A stretch of DNA of 64,000 nt, from positions 8,263,404 to 8,327,403 of the forward strand of contig CM082585.2 in the NCBI GenBank assembly GCA_040954595.2, given 5' to 3'. Of this stretch, positions 24,701 to 39,800 are shown piece by piece. The position numbers were made by a program, and so were the translations under genes. Numbering within the stretch: the stretch's first letter is position 1; the number at the start of each line of letters is the position of its first letter. This DNA is from Balanoglossus misakiensis (taxonomy: Eukaryota; Animalia; Hemichordata). A model generated the notes under the pieces. That model did no database searches. It was not told where the DNA came from and saw nothing but the letters and a program-made list of their open reading frames with translations.

Positions 24701-27700
24701 ACCGCGACAAAAAATGACCAAGTTTCCCTGCATGTTTCTTATACCCGACAGATAAAAAACGCAGCATAGATATTGAAATGAATTGTATTTATGAAAATGA
24801 TAAAAATTACAATGATAATGTCGTTAAAAGTTCTCCAAAAAAAAAGAAATAGAAAAAAAGTGGTCTCGAACCAACGTCATTTGACACGTTCAGGTAAAAG
24901 CCTAGCCTTCCTGAACCCTTCGCCACCACCATGTGTACTCGAAAAGTTGGAATTTTACCGCACTATATTGCAGCACAACTACCATGATCTTATTTGCACC
25001 GCAGCGGTGCAATTCTTATTTGCACCGCAGCGGTGCAAATAAGATCACCGCAGCGGTGCAAATAAGAGTTCCCTGCACCGCAACGATCTGACCGTTCTTT
25101 ATTCACTCCTCGACGACAAAAACGTTTTATTACGGCCCAAATAACGACTTTTTCGCTTCTTGGTTGGACATGCGGACGGAAAGACACGGTTTTAGCGAGT
25201 TTATCTTTCTCTCTCCTGAGCACTCCGTATTCAGACTTGCCCAAGTGCACCGCGACAAAAAAAATGACCAAGTTTCCCAGCATGTTTCTTATACCCGACA
25301 GATAAAAAACGCAGCATAGATATTGAAATGAATTGGATTTATGAAAATGATAAAAATTACAATGATAATGTCGTTAAAAGTTCTCCAAAAAAAAAGAAAT
25401 AGAAAAAAAAATGGTCTCGAACCAACGTCATTTGACACGTTCAGGTAAAAGCCTAGCCTTCCTGAACCCTTCGCCATCACCATGTGTACTCGAAAAGTCG
25501 GAATTTTACCGCACTATATTGCAGCACAACTACCATGATCTTATTTGCACCGCAGCGGTGCAATTCTTATTTGCACCGCAGCGGTGCAAATAAGATCACC
25601 GCAGCGGTGCAAATAAGAGTTCCCTGCACCGCAACGATCTGACCGTTCTTTATTCACTCCTCGACGACAAAAACGTTTTATTACGGCCCAAATAACGACT
25701 TTTTCGCTTCTTGGTTGGACATGCGGACGGAAAGACACGGTTTTAGCGAGTTTATCTTTCTCTCTCCTGAGCACTCCGTATTCAGACTTGCCCAAGTGCA
25801 CCGCGACAAAAAAAATGACCAAGTTTCCCAGCATGTTTCTTATACCCGACAGATAAAAAACGCAGCATAGATATTGAAATGAATTGGATTTATGAAAATG
25901 ATAAAAATTACAATGATAATGTCGTTAAAAGTTCTCCAAAAAAAAAGAAATAGAAAAAAAAATGGTCTCGAACCAACGTCATTTGACACGTTCAGGTAAA
26001 AGCCTAGCCTTCCTGAACCCTTCGCCATCACCATGTGTACTCGAAAAGTCGGAATTTTACCGCACTATATTGCAGCACAACTACCATGATCTTATTTGCA
26101 CCGCAGCGGTGCAATTCTTATTTGCACCGCAGCGGTGCAAATAAGATCACCGCAGCGGTGCAAATAAGAGTTCCCTGCACCGCAACGATCTGACCGTTCT
26201 TTATTCACTCCTCGACGACAAAAACGTTTTATTACGGCCCAAATAACGACTTTTTCGCTTCTTGGTTGGACATGCGGACGGAAAGACACGGTTTTAGCGA
26301 GTTTATCTTTCTCTCGCCTGAACACTCCGTATTCAGACTTGACGGAGTGAACCGCGACAAAAAATGACCAAGTTTCCCTGCATGTTTCTTATACCCGACA
26401 GATAAAAAACGCAGCATAGATATTGAAATGAATTGGATTTATGAAAATGATAAAAATTACAATGATAATGTCGTTAAAAGTTCTCCAAAAAAAAAGAAAT
26501 AGAAAAAAAAATGGTCTCGAACCAACGTCATTTGACACGTTCAGGTAAAAGCCTAGCCTTCCTGAACCCTTCGCCACCACCATGTGTACTCAAAAAGTTG
26601 GAATTTTACCGCACTATATTGCAGCACAACTACCATGATCTTATTTGCACCGCAGCGGTGCAATTCTTATTTGCACCGCAGCGGTGCAAATAAGATCACC
26701 GCAGCGGTGCAAATAAGAGTTCCCTGCACCGCAACGATCTGACCGTTCTTTATTCACTCCTCGACGACAAAAACGTTTTATTACGGCCCAAATAACGACT
26801 TTTTCGCTTCTTGGTTGGACATGCGGACGGAAAGACACGGTTTTAGCGAGTTTATCTTTCTCTCGCCTGAACACTCCGTATTCAGACTTGACGGAGTGAA
26901 CCGCGACAAAAAATGACCAAGTTTCCCTGCATGTTTCTTATACCCGACAGATAAAAAACGCAGCATAGATATTGAAATGAATTGGATTTATGAAAATGAT
27001 AAAAATTACAATGATAATGTCGTTAAAAGTTCTCCAAAAAAAAAGAAATAGAAAAAAAAATGGTCTCGAACCAACGTCATTTGACACGTTCAGGTAAAAG
27101 CCTAGCCTTCCTGAACCCTTCGCCACCACCATGTGTACTCGAAAAGTTGGAATTTTACCGCACTATATTGCAGCACAACTACCATGATCTTATTTGCACC
27201 GCAGCGGTGCAATTCTTATTTGCACCGCAGCGGTGCAAATAAGATCACCGCAGCGGTGCAAATAAGAGTTCCCTGCACCGCAACGATCTGACCGTTCTTT
27301 ATTCACTCCTCGACGACAAAAACGTTTTATTACGGCCCAAATAACGACTTTTTCGCTTCTTGGTTGGACATGCGGACGGAAAGACACGGTTTTAGCGAGT
27401 TTATCTTTCTCTCGCCTGAACACTCCGTATTCAGACTTGACGGAGTGAACCGCGACAAAAAATGACCAAGTTTCCCTGCATGTTTCTTATACCCGACAGA
27501 TAAAAAACGCAGCATAGATATTGAAATGAATTGGATTTATGAAAATGATAAAAATTACAATGATAATGTCGTTAAAAGTTCTCCAAAAAAAAGAAATAGA
27601 AAAAAAATGGTCTCGAACCAACGTCATTTGACACGTTCAGGTAAAAGCCTAGCCTTCATGAACCCTTCGCCATCACCATGTGTACTCGAAAAGTAGGAAT

Positions 27701-30700
27701 TTTACCGCACTATATTGCAGCACAACTACCATGATCTTATTTGCACCGCAGCGGTGCAATTCTTATTTGCACCGCAGCGGTGCAAATAAGATCACCGCAG
27801 CGGTGCAAATAAGAGTTCCCTGCACCGCAACGATCTGACCGTTCTTTATTCACTCCTCGACGACAAAGACGTTTTATTACGGCCCAAATAACGACTTTTT
27901 CGCTTCTTGGTTGGACATGCGGACGGAAAGACACGGTTTTAGCGAGTTTATCTTTCTCTCTCCTGAGCACTCCGTATTCAGACTTGCCCAAGTGCACCGC
28001 GACAAAAAAAATGACCAAGTTTCCCAGCATGTTTCTTATACCCGACAGATAAAAAACGCAGCATAGATATTGAAATGAATTGGATTTATGAAAATGATAA
28101 AAATTACAATGATAATGTCGTTAAAAGTTCTCCAAAAAAAAAGAAATAGAAAAAAAAATGGTCTCGAACCAACGTCATTTGACACCTTCAGGTAAAAGCC
28201 TAGCCTTCCTGAACCCTTCGCCACCACCATGTGTACTCGAAAAGTTGGAATTTTACCGCACTATATTGCAGCACAACTACCATGATCTTATTTGCACCGC
28301 AGCGGTGCAATTCTTATTTGCACCGCAGCGGTGCAAATAAGATCACCGCAGCGGTGCAAATAAGAGTTCCCTGCACCGCAACGATCTGACCGTTCTTTAT
28401 TCACTCCTCGACGACAAAGACGTTTTATTACGGCCCAAATAACGACTTTTTCGCTTCTTGGTTGGACATGCGGACGGAAAGACACGGTTTTAGCGAGTTT
28501 ATCTTTCTCTCTCCTGAGCACTCCGTATTCAGACTTGCCCAAGTGCACCGCGACAAAAAAAAATGACCAAGTTTCCCAGCATGTTTCTTATACCCGACAG
28601 ATAAAAAACGCAGCATAGATATTGAAATGAATTGGATTTATGAAAATGATAAAAATTACAATGATAATGTCGTTAAAAGTTCTCCAAAAAAAAAGAAATA
28701 GAAAACAAATGGTCTCGAACCAACGTCATTTGACACGTTCAGGTAAAAGCCTAGCCTTCCTGAACCCTTCGCCATCACCATGTGTACTCGAAAAGTCGGA
28801 ATTTTACCGCACTATATTGCAGCACAACTACCATGATCTTATTTGCACCGCAGCGGTGCAATTCTTATTTGCACCGCAGCGGTGCAAATAAGATCACCGC
28901 AGCGGTGCAAATAAGAGTTCCCTGCACCGCAACGATCTGACCGTTCTTTATTCACTCCTCGACGACAAAAACGTTTTATTACGGCCCAAATAACGACTTT
29001 TTCGCTTCTTGGTTGGACATGCGGACGGAAAGACACGGTTTTAGCGAGTTTATCTTTCTCTCGCCTGAACACTCCGTATTCAGACTTGACGGAGTGAACC
29101 GCGACAAAAAATGACCAAGTTTCCCTGCATGTTTCTTATACCCGACAGATAAAAAACGCAGCATAGATATTGAAATGAATTGGATTTATGAAAATGATAA
29201 AAATTACAATGATAATGTCGTTAAAAGTTCTCCAAAAAAAAAGAAATAGAAAACAAATGGTCTCGAACCAACGTCATTTGACACGTTCAGGTAAAAGCCT
29301 AGCCTTCCTGAACCCTTCGCCATCACCATGTGTACTCGAAAAGTCGGAATTTTACCGCACTATATTGCAGCACAACTACCATGATCTTATTTGCACCGCA
29401 GCGGTGCAATTCTTATTTGCACCGCAGCGGTGCAAATAAGATCACCGCAGCGGTGCAAATAAGAGTTCCCTGCACCGCAACGATCTGACCGTTCTTTATT
29501 CACTCCTCGACGACAAAAACGTTTTATTACGGCCCAAATAACGACTTTTTCGCTTCTTGGTTGGACATGCGGACGGAAAGACACGGTTTTAGCGAGTTTA
29601 TCTTTCTCTCGCCTGAACACTCCGTATTCAGACTTGACGGAGTGAACCGCGACAAAAAATGACCAAGTTTCCCTGCATGTTTCTTATACCCGACAGATAA
29701 AAAACGCAGCATAGATATTGAAATGAATTGGATTTATGAAAATGATAAAAATTACAATGATAATGTCGTTAAAAGTTCTCCAAAAAAAAAGAAATAGAAA
29801 AAAAAATGGTCTCGAACCAACGTCATTTGACACGTTCAGGTAAAAGCCTAGCCTTCCTGAACCCTTCGCCACCACCATGTGTACTCAAAAAGTTGGAATT
29901 TTACCGCACTATATTGCAGCACAACTACCATGATCTTATTTGCACCGCAGCGGTGCAATTCTTATTTGCACCGCAGCGGTGCAAATAAGATCACCGCAGC
30001 GGTGCAAATAAGAGTTCCCTGCACCGCAACGATCTGACCGTTCTTTATTCACTCCTCGACGACAAAAACGTTTTATTACGGCCCAAATAACGACTTTTTC
30101 GCTTCTTGGTTGGACATGCGGACGGAAAGACACGGTTTTAGCGAGTTTATCTTTCTCTCGCCTGAACACTCCGTATTCAGACTTGACGGAGTGAACCGCG
30201 ACAAAAAATGACCAAGTTTCCCTGCATGTTTCTTATACCCGACAGATAAAAAACGCAGCATAGATATTGAAATGAATTGGATTTATGAAAATGATAAAAA
30301 TTACAATGATAATGTCGTTAAAAGTTCTCCAAAAAAAAAGAAATAGAAAAAAAAATGGTCTCGAACCAACGTCATTTGACACGTTCAGGTAAAAGCCTAG
30401 CCTTCCTGAACCCTTCGCCACCACCATGTGTACTCGAAAAGTTGGAATTTTACCGCACTATATTGCAGCACAACTACCATGATCTTATTTGCACCGCAGC
30501 GGTGCAATTCTTATTTGCACCGCAGCGGTGCAAATAAGATCACCGCAGCGGTGCAAATAAGAGTTCCCTGCACCGCAACGATCTGACCGTTCTTTATTCA
30601 CTCCTCGACGACAAAAACGTTTTATTACGGCCCAAATAACGACTTTTTCGCTTCTTGGTTGGACATGCGGACGGAAAGACACGGTTTTAGCGAGTTTATC

Positions 30701-32760
30701 TTTCTCTCGCCTGAACACTCCGTATTCAGACTTGACGGAGTGAACCGCGACAAAAAATGACCAAGTTTCCCTGCATGTTTCTTATACCCGACAGATAAAA
30801 AACGCAGCATAGATATTGAAATGAATTGGATTTATGAAAATGATAAAAATTACAATGATAATGTCGTTAAAAGTTCTCCAAAAAAAAGAAATAGAAAAAA
30901 AATGGTCTCGAACCAACGTCATTTGACACGTTCAGGTAAAAGCCTAGCCTTCATGAACCCTTCGCCATCACCATGTGTACTCGAAAAGTAGGAATTTTAC
31001 CGCACTATATTGCAGCACAACTACCATGATCTTATTTGCACCGCAGCGGTGCAATTCTTATTTGCACCGCAGCGGTGCAAATAAGATCACCGCAGCGGTG
31101 CAAATAAGAGTTCCCTGCACCGCAACGATCTGACCGTTCTTTATTCACTCCTCGACGACAAAGACGTTTTATTACGGCCCAAATAACGACTTTTTCGCTT
31201 CTTGGTTGGACATGCGGACGGAAAGACACGGTTTTAGCGAGTTTATCTTTCTCTCTCCTGAGCACTCCGTATTCAGACTTGCCCAAGTGCACCGCGACAA
31301 AAAAAATGACCAAGTTTCCCAGCATGTTTCTTATACCCGACAGATAAAAAACGCAGCATAGATATTGAAATGAATTGGATTTATGAAAATGATAAAAATT
31401 ACAATGATAATGTCGTTAAAAGTTCTCCAAAAAAAAAGAAATAGAAAAAAAAATGGTCTCGAACCAACGTCATTTGACACCTTCAGGTAAAAGCCTAGCC
31501 TTCCTGAACCCTTCGCCACCACCATGTGTACTCGAAAAGTTGGAATTTTACCGCACTATATTGCAGCACAACTACCATGATCTTATTTGCACCGCAGCGG
31601 TGCAATTCTTATTTGCACCGCAGCGGTGCAAATAAGATCACCGCAGCGGTGCAAATAAGAGTTCCCTGCACCGCAACGATCTGACCGTTCTTTATTCACT
31701 CCTCGACGACAAAGACGTTTTATTACGGCCCAAATAACGACTTTTTCGCTTCTTGGTTGGACATGCGGACGGAAAGACACGGTTTTAGCGAGTTTATCTT
31801 TCTCTCTCCTGAGCACTCCGTATTCAGACTTGCCCAAGTGCACCGCGACAAAAAAAATGACCAAGTTTCCCAGCATGTTTCTTATACCCGACAGATAAAA
31901 AACGCAGCATAGATATTGAAATGAATTGGATTTATGAAAATGATAAAAATTACAATGATAATGTCGTTAAAAGTTCTCCAAAAAAAAAGAAATAGAAAAA
32001 AAAATGGTCTCGAACCAACGTCATTTGACACCTTCAGGTAAAAGCCTAGCCTTCCTGAACCCTTCGCCACCACCATGTGTACTCGAAAAGTTGGAATTTT
32101 ACCGCACTATATTGCAGCACAACTACCATGATCTTATTTGCACCGCAGCGGTGCAATTCTTATTTGCACCGCAGCGGTGCAAATAAGATCACCGCAGCGG
32201 TGCAAATAAGAGTTCCCTGCACCGCAACGATCTGACCGTTCTTTATTCACTCCTCGACGACAAAGACGTTTTATTACGGCCCAAATAACGACTTTTTCGC
32301 TTCTTGGTTGGACATGCGGACGGAAAGACACGGTTTTAGCGAGTTTATCTTTCTCTCTCCTGAGCACTCCGTATTCAGACTTGCCCAAGTGAACCGCGAC
32401 AAAAAAAATGACCAAGTTTCCCAGCATGTTTCTTATACCCGACAGATAAAAAACGCAGCATAGATATTGAAATGAATTGGATTTATGAAAATGATAAAAA
32501 ATACAACGATAATGTCGTTAAAAGTTCTCAAAAAAAAAGAAATAGAAAAAAAAGTGGTCTCGAACCAACGTCATTTGACACCTTCAGGTAAAAGCCTAGC
32601 CTTCCTGAACCCTTCGCCATCACCATGTGTACTCGAAAAAGTCGGAAATTTACCTCACTATATTGCAGCATAACTACATTGATCTTATTTTCCCCGCAGC
32701 GGTGCAAATAAGAGTTCCCTGCACCGCAGCGGGGCGAATAAGAGTTCCCTGCCCTGCAAC
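18710..32760. repeat. Tandem macrosatellite, ~549-bp unit (547-551), about 25.5 copies
   Basis: The core TTATTTGCACCGCAGCGGTGCAA starts at 18952, 19501, 20052, 20600, 21148, 21699, 22250, 22798, 23345, 23893, 24442, 24990, 25541, 26092, 26641, 27190, 27737, 28288, 28839, 29387, 29936, 30485, 31032, 31583 and 32134, plus a diverged copy at ~32685. Units are near-identical, differing mainly in A-run length and a few substitutions. Confidence 0.98.
18815..18894 (-). ncRNA. Candidate Pol III (type 2 promoter) small-RNA cassette, repeated in every array unit (first copy given)
   Basis: Minus strand reads ATGGTGA-TGGCGAAGGG (A-box-like, 18887-18878) ... GGTTCGAGACC (consensus B-box, 18834-18824), then AC and T7-T9 runs. 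A-to-B spacing is 53 nt. An internal TTTT and the lack of a full cloverleaf weaken the call. Confidence 0.3.
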
Positions 32761-33008
32761 GTCGCGTATGAAGATCCACGTTTGTTGTTTCTCGTCTCCA
32801 ATGATGTGAAGACGTCACCAATGGCAGACAATGTGTATTGTTCTGGGGGCATCATATTTATACAAGTATTACAAAACAAACGTCGCAAAAATATGCGCGC
32901 GTTTTGGATGGCAAATTATTCCACCTGTTGAATTTACCAGTGGCTTGTCAAGTATTAAAACAAAACGCGTTCTGACTGGACATCGACAGTTTGAGTCGCC
33001 GTGTAAAA

Positions 33009-35794
<2,786 letters not shown>

Positions 35795-36826
35795 CCAGAC
35801 AAGCCGCGGCATTTACTGGGCATTATTTTCATAATCGCAATTTACTTTTACCATAGCAAGATTTTTATACCAGACGAGAATTCTTAGTGTTTAGATTCAC
35901 AATAAAGCTAATACTTGATATCAAATTTGTTGAACACATTGCCTTTGCTTTGATACTCGTGTTTTGTGAAAGTTACAGACCTTCATACGATACGATGTTG
36001 CTATGAATACAAGTGTAACACACAGATCACCAAGGCAACCAAAACCAGTCATCCCAGACACTCCCAGTGAGTTAAAGACTCGTGACTACTATGAACAGGC
36101 GCTGTGAAGGCCTGTTTTTATCATCTTTAATAGATTTACCAAGAAAGACAAAATCATCTGTACATCATCGTCAGTGTTCACAAATGAACAAATTAAAATA
36201 ATAATTACATTTTTGTCGTGACGATTAAAATTATGTCCCATTTCACATCCAGGATTATGCAGTGGACTGTGGTCTGCAGGCTCGCTCAACAGCAAACAAA
36301 AATAAGGGTTGTTTGACAAACAATATTCTGTGCTTGGTGCTTTTATTTACTTCACTGTGACATCAGAAGTTGGCTACCACCACATCACAAAATTTCAAGT
36401 GATCAGCTTGTTCGATTTCTGTCCCAACGAAGTAGAATTTTACTGATTTTTATTCATTTTTCTCCATAGAATCCATGTGTCTGCAAATTGGATTTCAGAT
36501 AAATGTAAATTTTTGTCTCAAGCCAACAAAAATTGTCCTTGGTTTTACAAATTTTAATTAAAGGTGTCCATTTTTTCCAAAGACAGAGTTTTCACACTGA
36601 ATAGAGGAGTTTCATCACTGGCACATAGTACATCTTCCAAGTAACATTTTCAGTTGAGCTTCAATTTAAACACAAAAGAAGTGTTGCACCAGACAAACAA
36701 AAAACACTTTTTTAAACGACAGTTTCACAGTTGCCATAACCCTTTCACCCCTATATGCCCCCGTGTGTAGGTCCAGACACAGTGAACATCAACAGGGCTA
36801 AACCAATGTACGACAGTAAAGGGGGG

Positions 36827-39800
36827 TTAGTTCCCTGACGGTTGGTGACTCGGGCTCTGGTACCTGAAACTCGAAGTTCTAGTGTCCGAAAGTGCGTCTG
36901 TCCGACTACTGATTTCATCTAGACCGTCCAACGCGTTCACATTCTGTAGAAGTTCCTCGGCATCGTCATCAATCTTATCCAACGCCTTGGCGCCTTGATT
37001 GCACTTCCTAGCCCCGAGCGGATCAAAGTATTTCTGTCTGTCCTTGGGCGAGTCGGGTTCCTCGCCGTCCAGGATGTCGTCGCCGCTGTCCGACTCGGCC
37101 TGGCTGAAAATTTTTCGCGGGGAGTATTTGCGAGTCCTTTTCAGGGGCTCTGTGGAGTTCACCGCTGAAGCACTTGCGTTCTCTGGCGCAGAGGACCCAG
37201 TGGCTCCCAGCAAGTTCTCCGTGCTGCCCCTGCTTTCGAGTTCGTCCTCGGACGAGAACACATCCAGGATCTTCCCGTCCGTCTCCTCGTTCTCCAGGTC
37301 CTCCTCCATGGTTATTGCTTCCCGACCCACCTCGTCGCTCTCCAGCTCCCCCTGGTAGTTCATGTCCACCACCCCTTCCAGTTCCCGCACTCGGTCCTTC
37401 CTGGTCGCCGGCGGCGACAACACCGTCCCCTGGTGCTCTTCCGGTCCCGGCATCACTCCGGGGTACCCGGGAACCGAGCTGTACTCCGGAGGGGGCGACT
37501 CGGTTGTCGAACCGGCGTTGGATCTCCGCCCCCTGCGCGGGGACCCCCTTGGGCTGGACTTGGGGCTGGACTTGGGGCTGGCTTGGGGACTGGCCCGCGG
37601 GCTCTCTCTAGGGCTCTCCACCATGTTTCTTGGCGGATGCGACGGCTGCAGGTTGGCCAGCTGAGGAAGCTGGGCGTTGTTGGGCGTCAACGTTGCGGTT
37701 GCCACGGTTGCGTTCTCTGGATAAACTGTTGGCTGATTCTGATGATCGCTGAAAGACCATGAAAGTGGTGTTGTTAGTTTTTTGCAGTATCATTTTGATT
37801 CTTCTAGGGAATAAAATATAATTGCAAATGATGAATGTCATATTTACAATATATTGTACAAAAAATATTATTACATATCCACCTCATTGTTGAACGTACA
37901 CTAAAGACCTTGTACTGATCTAGTGCTTGCAAAGGTACAATTTACATTCAGGAACTTATATTGCATGACAATGGCAAACACGTGGTGATATTACAGTACA
38001 TGTGAAGATTATCATATCATTACTTTGGTGCAGTGGGGGGGGGGGGGTGTTATACATCAAAACAAAATGGCATAAATGCAAATGATATGCACAGCCAGAA
38101 TGATGCGACATCAACAACAGTACAGCGACTAGGAGACCACACATTGCTCAACAATTTTTTTTCTATCCACAATTTTTTGAAAATTTCACCTTGGCTGCAA
38201 TCCTGAAGCTAGGTAGAATAAACAGACGGCTGTGGGGGGAAAACAAGATTCATTCAGCAAAAGAGTTAGATTTCCAAAGTTGTTCGGATAATTCAAAAAG
38301 TTAACCATCATTAACTTTAAAATTACATCATTTCACACAGCTGCATTAACAATGAGTGGTCTACCAGATTGCACACACACACCACTGAAGCAGGGCAACA
38401 TTGGAAACTCTCCAAGCTGTATGATCTTGTGCAGAAATTCTGTTCTCCACTTATGATTATTTCATTTTCATCTTCTTTGTCTATATGAGACTAGCGTGAA
38501 ATGGATTGATTGATTTAATGTTGCCAGTTTTTATCTAAAATTTAGATCTCTATACAGTGATAAATGGTGATTGGTCATGCTCTGATATCTTCAGAAATGG
38601 TCAAGTTGTGAATTTTAATATTACGGCAGTTACTTTTGAGCCCCTGATTGGTTTTTAAGTGGCGAGTGGATGAAAATGAGCACATACAGTACAAGCCATG
38701 CAGACAAGCACACATTTTATAGAAATACTTTTGGGGTCTGTATACTTACAATCGGACGCCCCATCGGAGTTCCAGGAGAGTTTTGAGGTTGGGGAGCGTG
38801 CCCCTCAGGTCGGTGGTCGGAAGTCCGCAATAGAACCTCAGCTGGGCCACGTTCTTGTTCAGCAGGTAGACTGCATAGTTGAACTGGAATTTTTCTTTGC
38901 CTTTGGAGTACAGCGGAAAACTACAACAGAAGACAGTGATGAGCTGGTGAGATGATGTTAAAAGAACCTCCATAAGTCTGTCAACTGTACAAATGTTTTC
39001 TCAAACCCTTAGTATTGTACATGTATCTGGTTTTAATATATCAATGCTGATTATGCAGACTTACTCTCTGTCTCGTTCCTGAAGCTTGCTGGTGATATGG
39101 TCACGTATAATTGAACGTGATCCCCTGTGATACATAGGATAGCGCAGTGGCAGTTCGAGAAATTGCGACATTTTGATCATCAGTAGACACGTGTAGCCTA
39201 ACGCCGTCGCTATGGTAGTATCATCAGTACCTGTAAACAAACAAAATAAGAGAATTTGTATTTATAGTTTTATACAGGCCGTGGTATGGTGCGATGAGCA
39301 TAAACAAATTCATACCACTACAGAATCAAGCCCGCTGGATCATACAACTTTTATACAGGGTAGCACTGCATGGTCATGGGGGTGACATCCCCATGGATCA
39401 TACAACTTTTATATAGGGTAGCACTGCATGGTCATGGGGGTGACACCCCCCCTTGCACTCACCTGAGTAACTCTCTGCATTTGGTAGCTTGACCCCGCAA
39501 ATAATGTTTGAGTGGTCGGGTAATTCTACTATGGGATAAATAAATGACAATTCACTGATGAGCGTCCTCCTCCTCATTGTCAACTGAGCGCCGACCTTGA
39601 GGAACATCTCTCTGAAAAATGCGAGGGGAAAAAACAATATTTCAAAGTTGAACTCTTGGCAGCTAGATGAAACGTGAAGTATTCTATCCCTGTAACATAG
39701 ACAAGACACATTCAAGTCTCACTGTACCTGTTTTCTATATGCTTCTTCCTGTCCTCATGTATTTTTTCTTTATCTGATCGTAAACGCTCCCTCCGCAAGA

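Noticed and set aside
18710-32760. CRISPR-like array of palindromic repeats
   Set aside because: The sequence between palindromes is ~450 bp and near-identical in every unit (no unique spacers), there are no cas genes, and the context is eukaryotic.
18703-32888. Dozens of repeated 60-108 aa ORFs in the array
   Set aside because: Frames shift with A-run length from unit to unit, starts are mostly non-ATG or inconsistent, and no domain is recognisable; they are by-products of the repeat.
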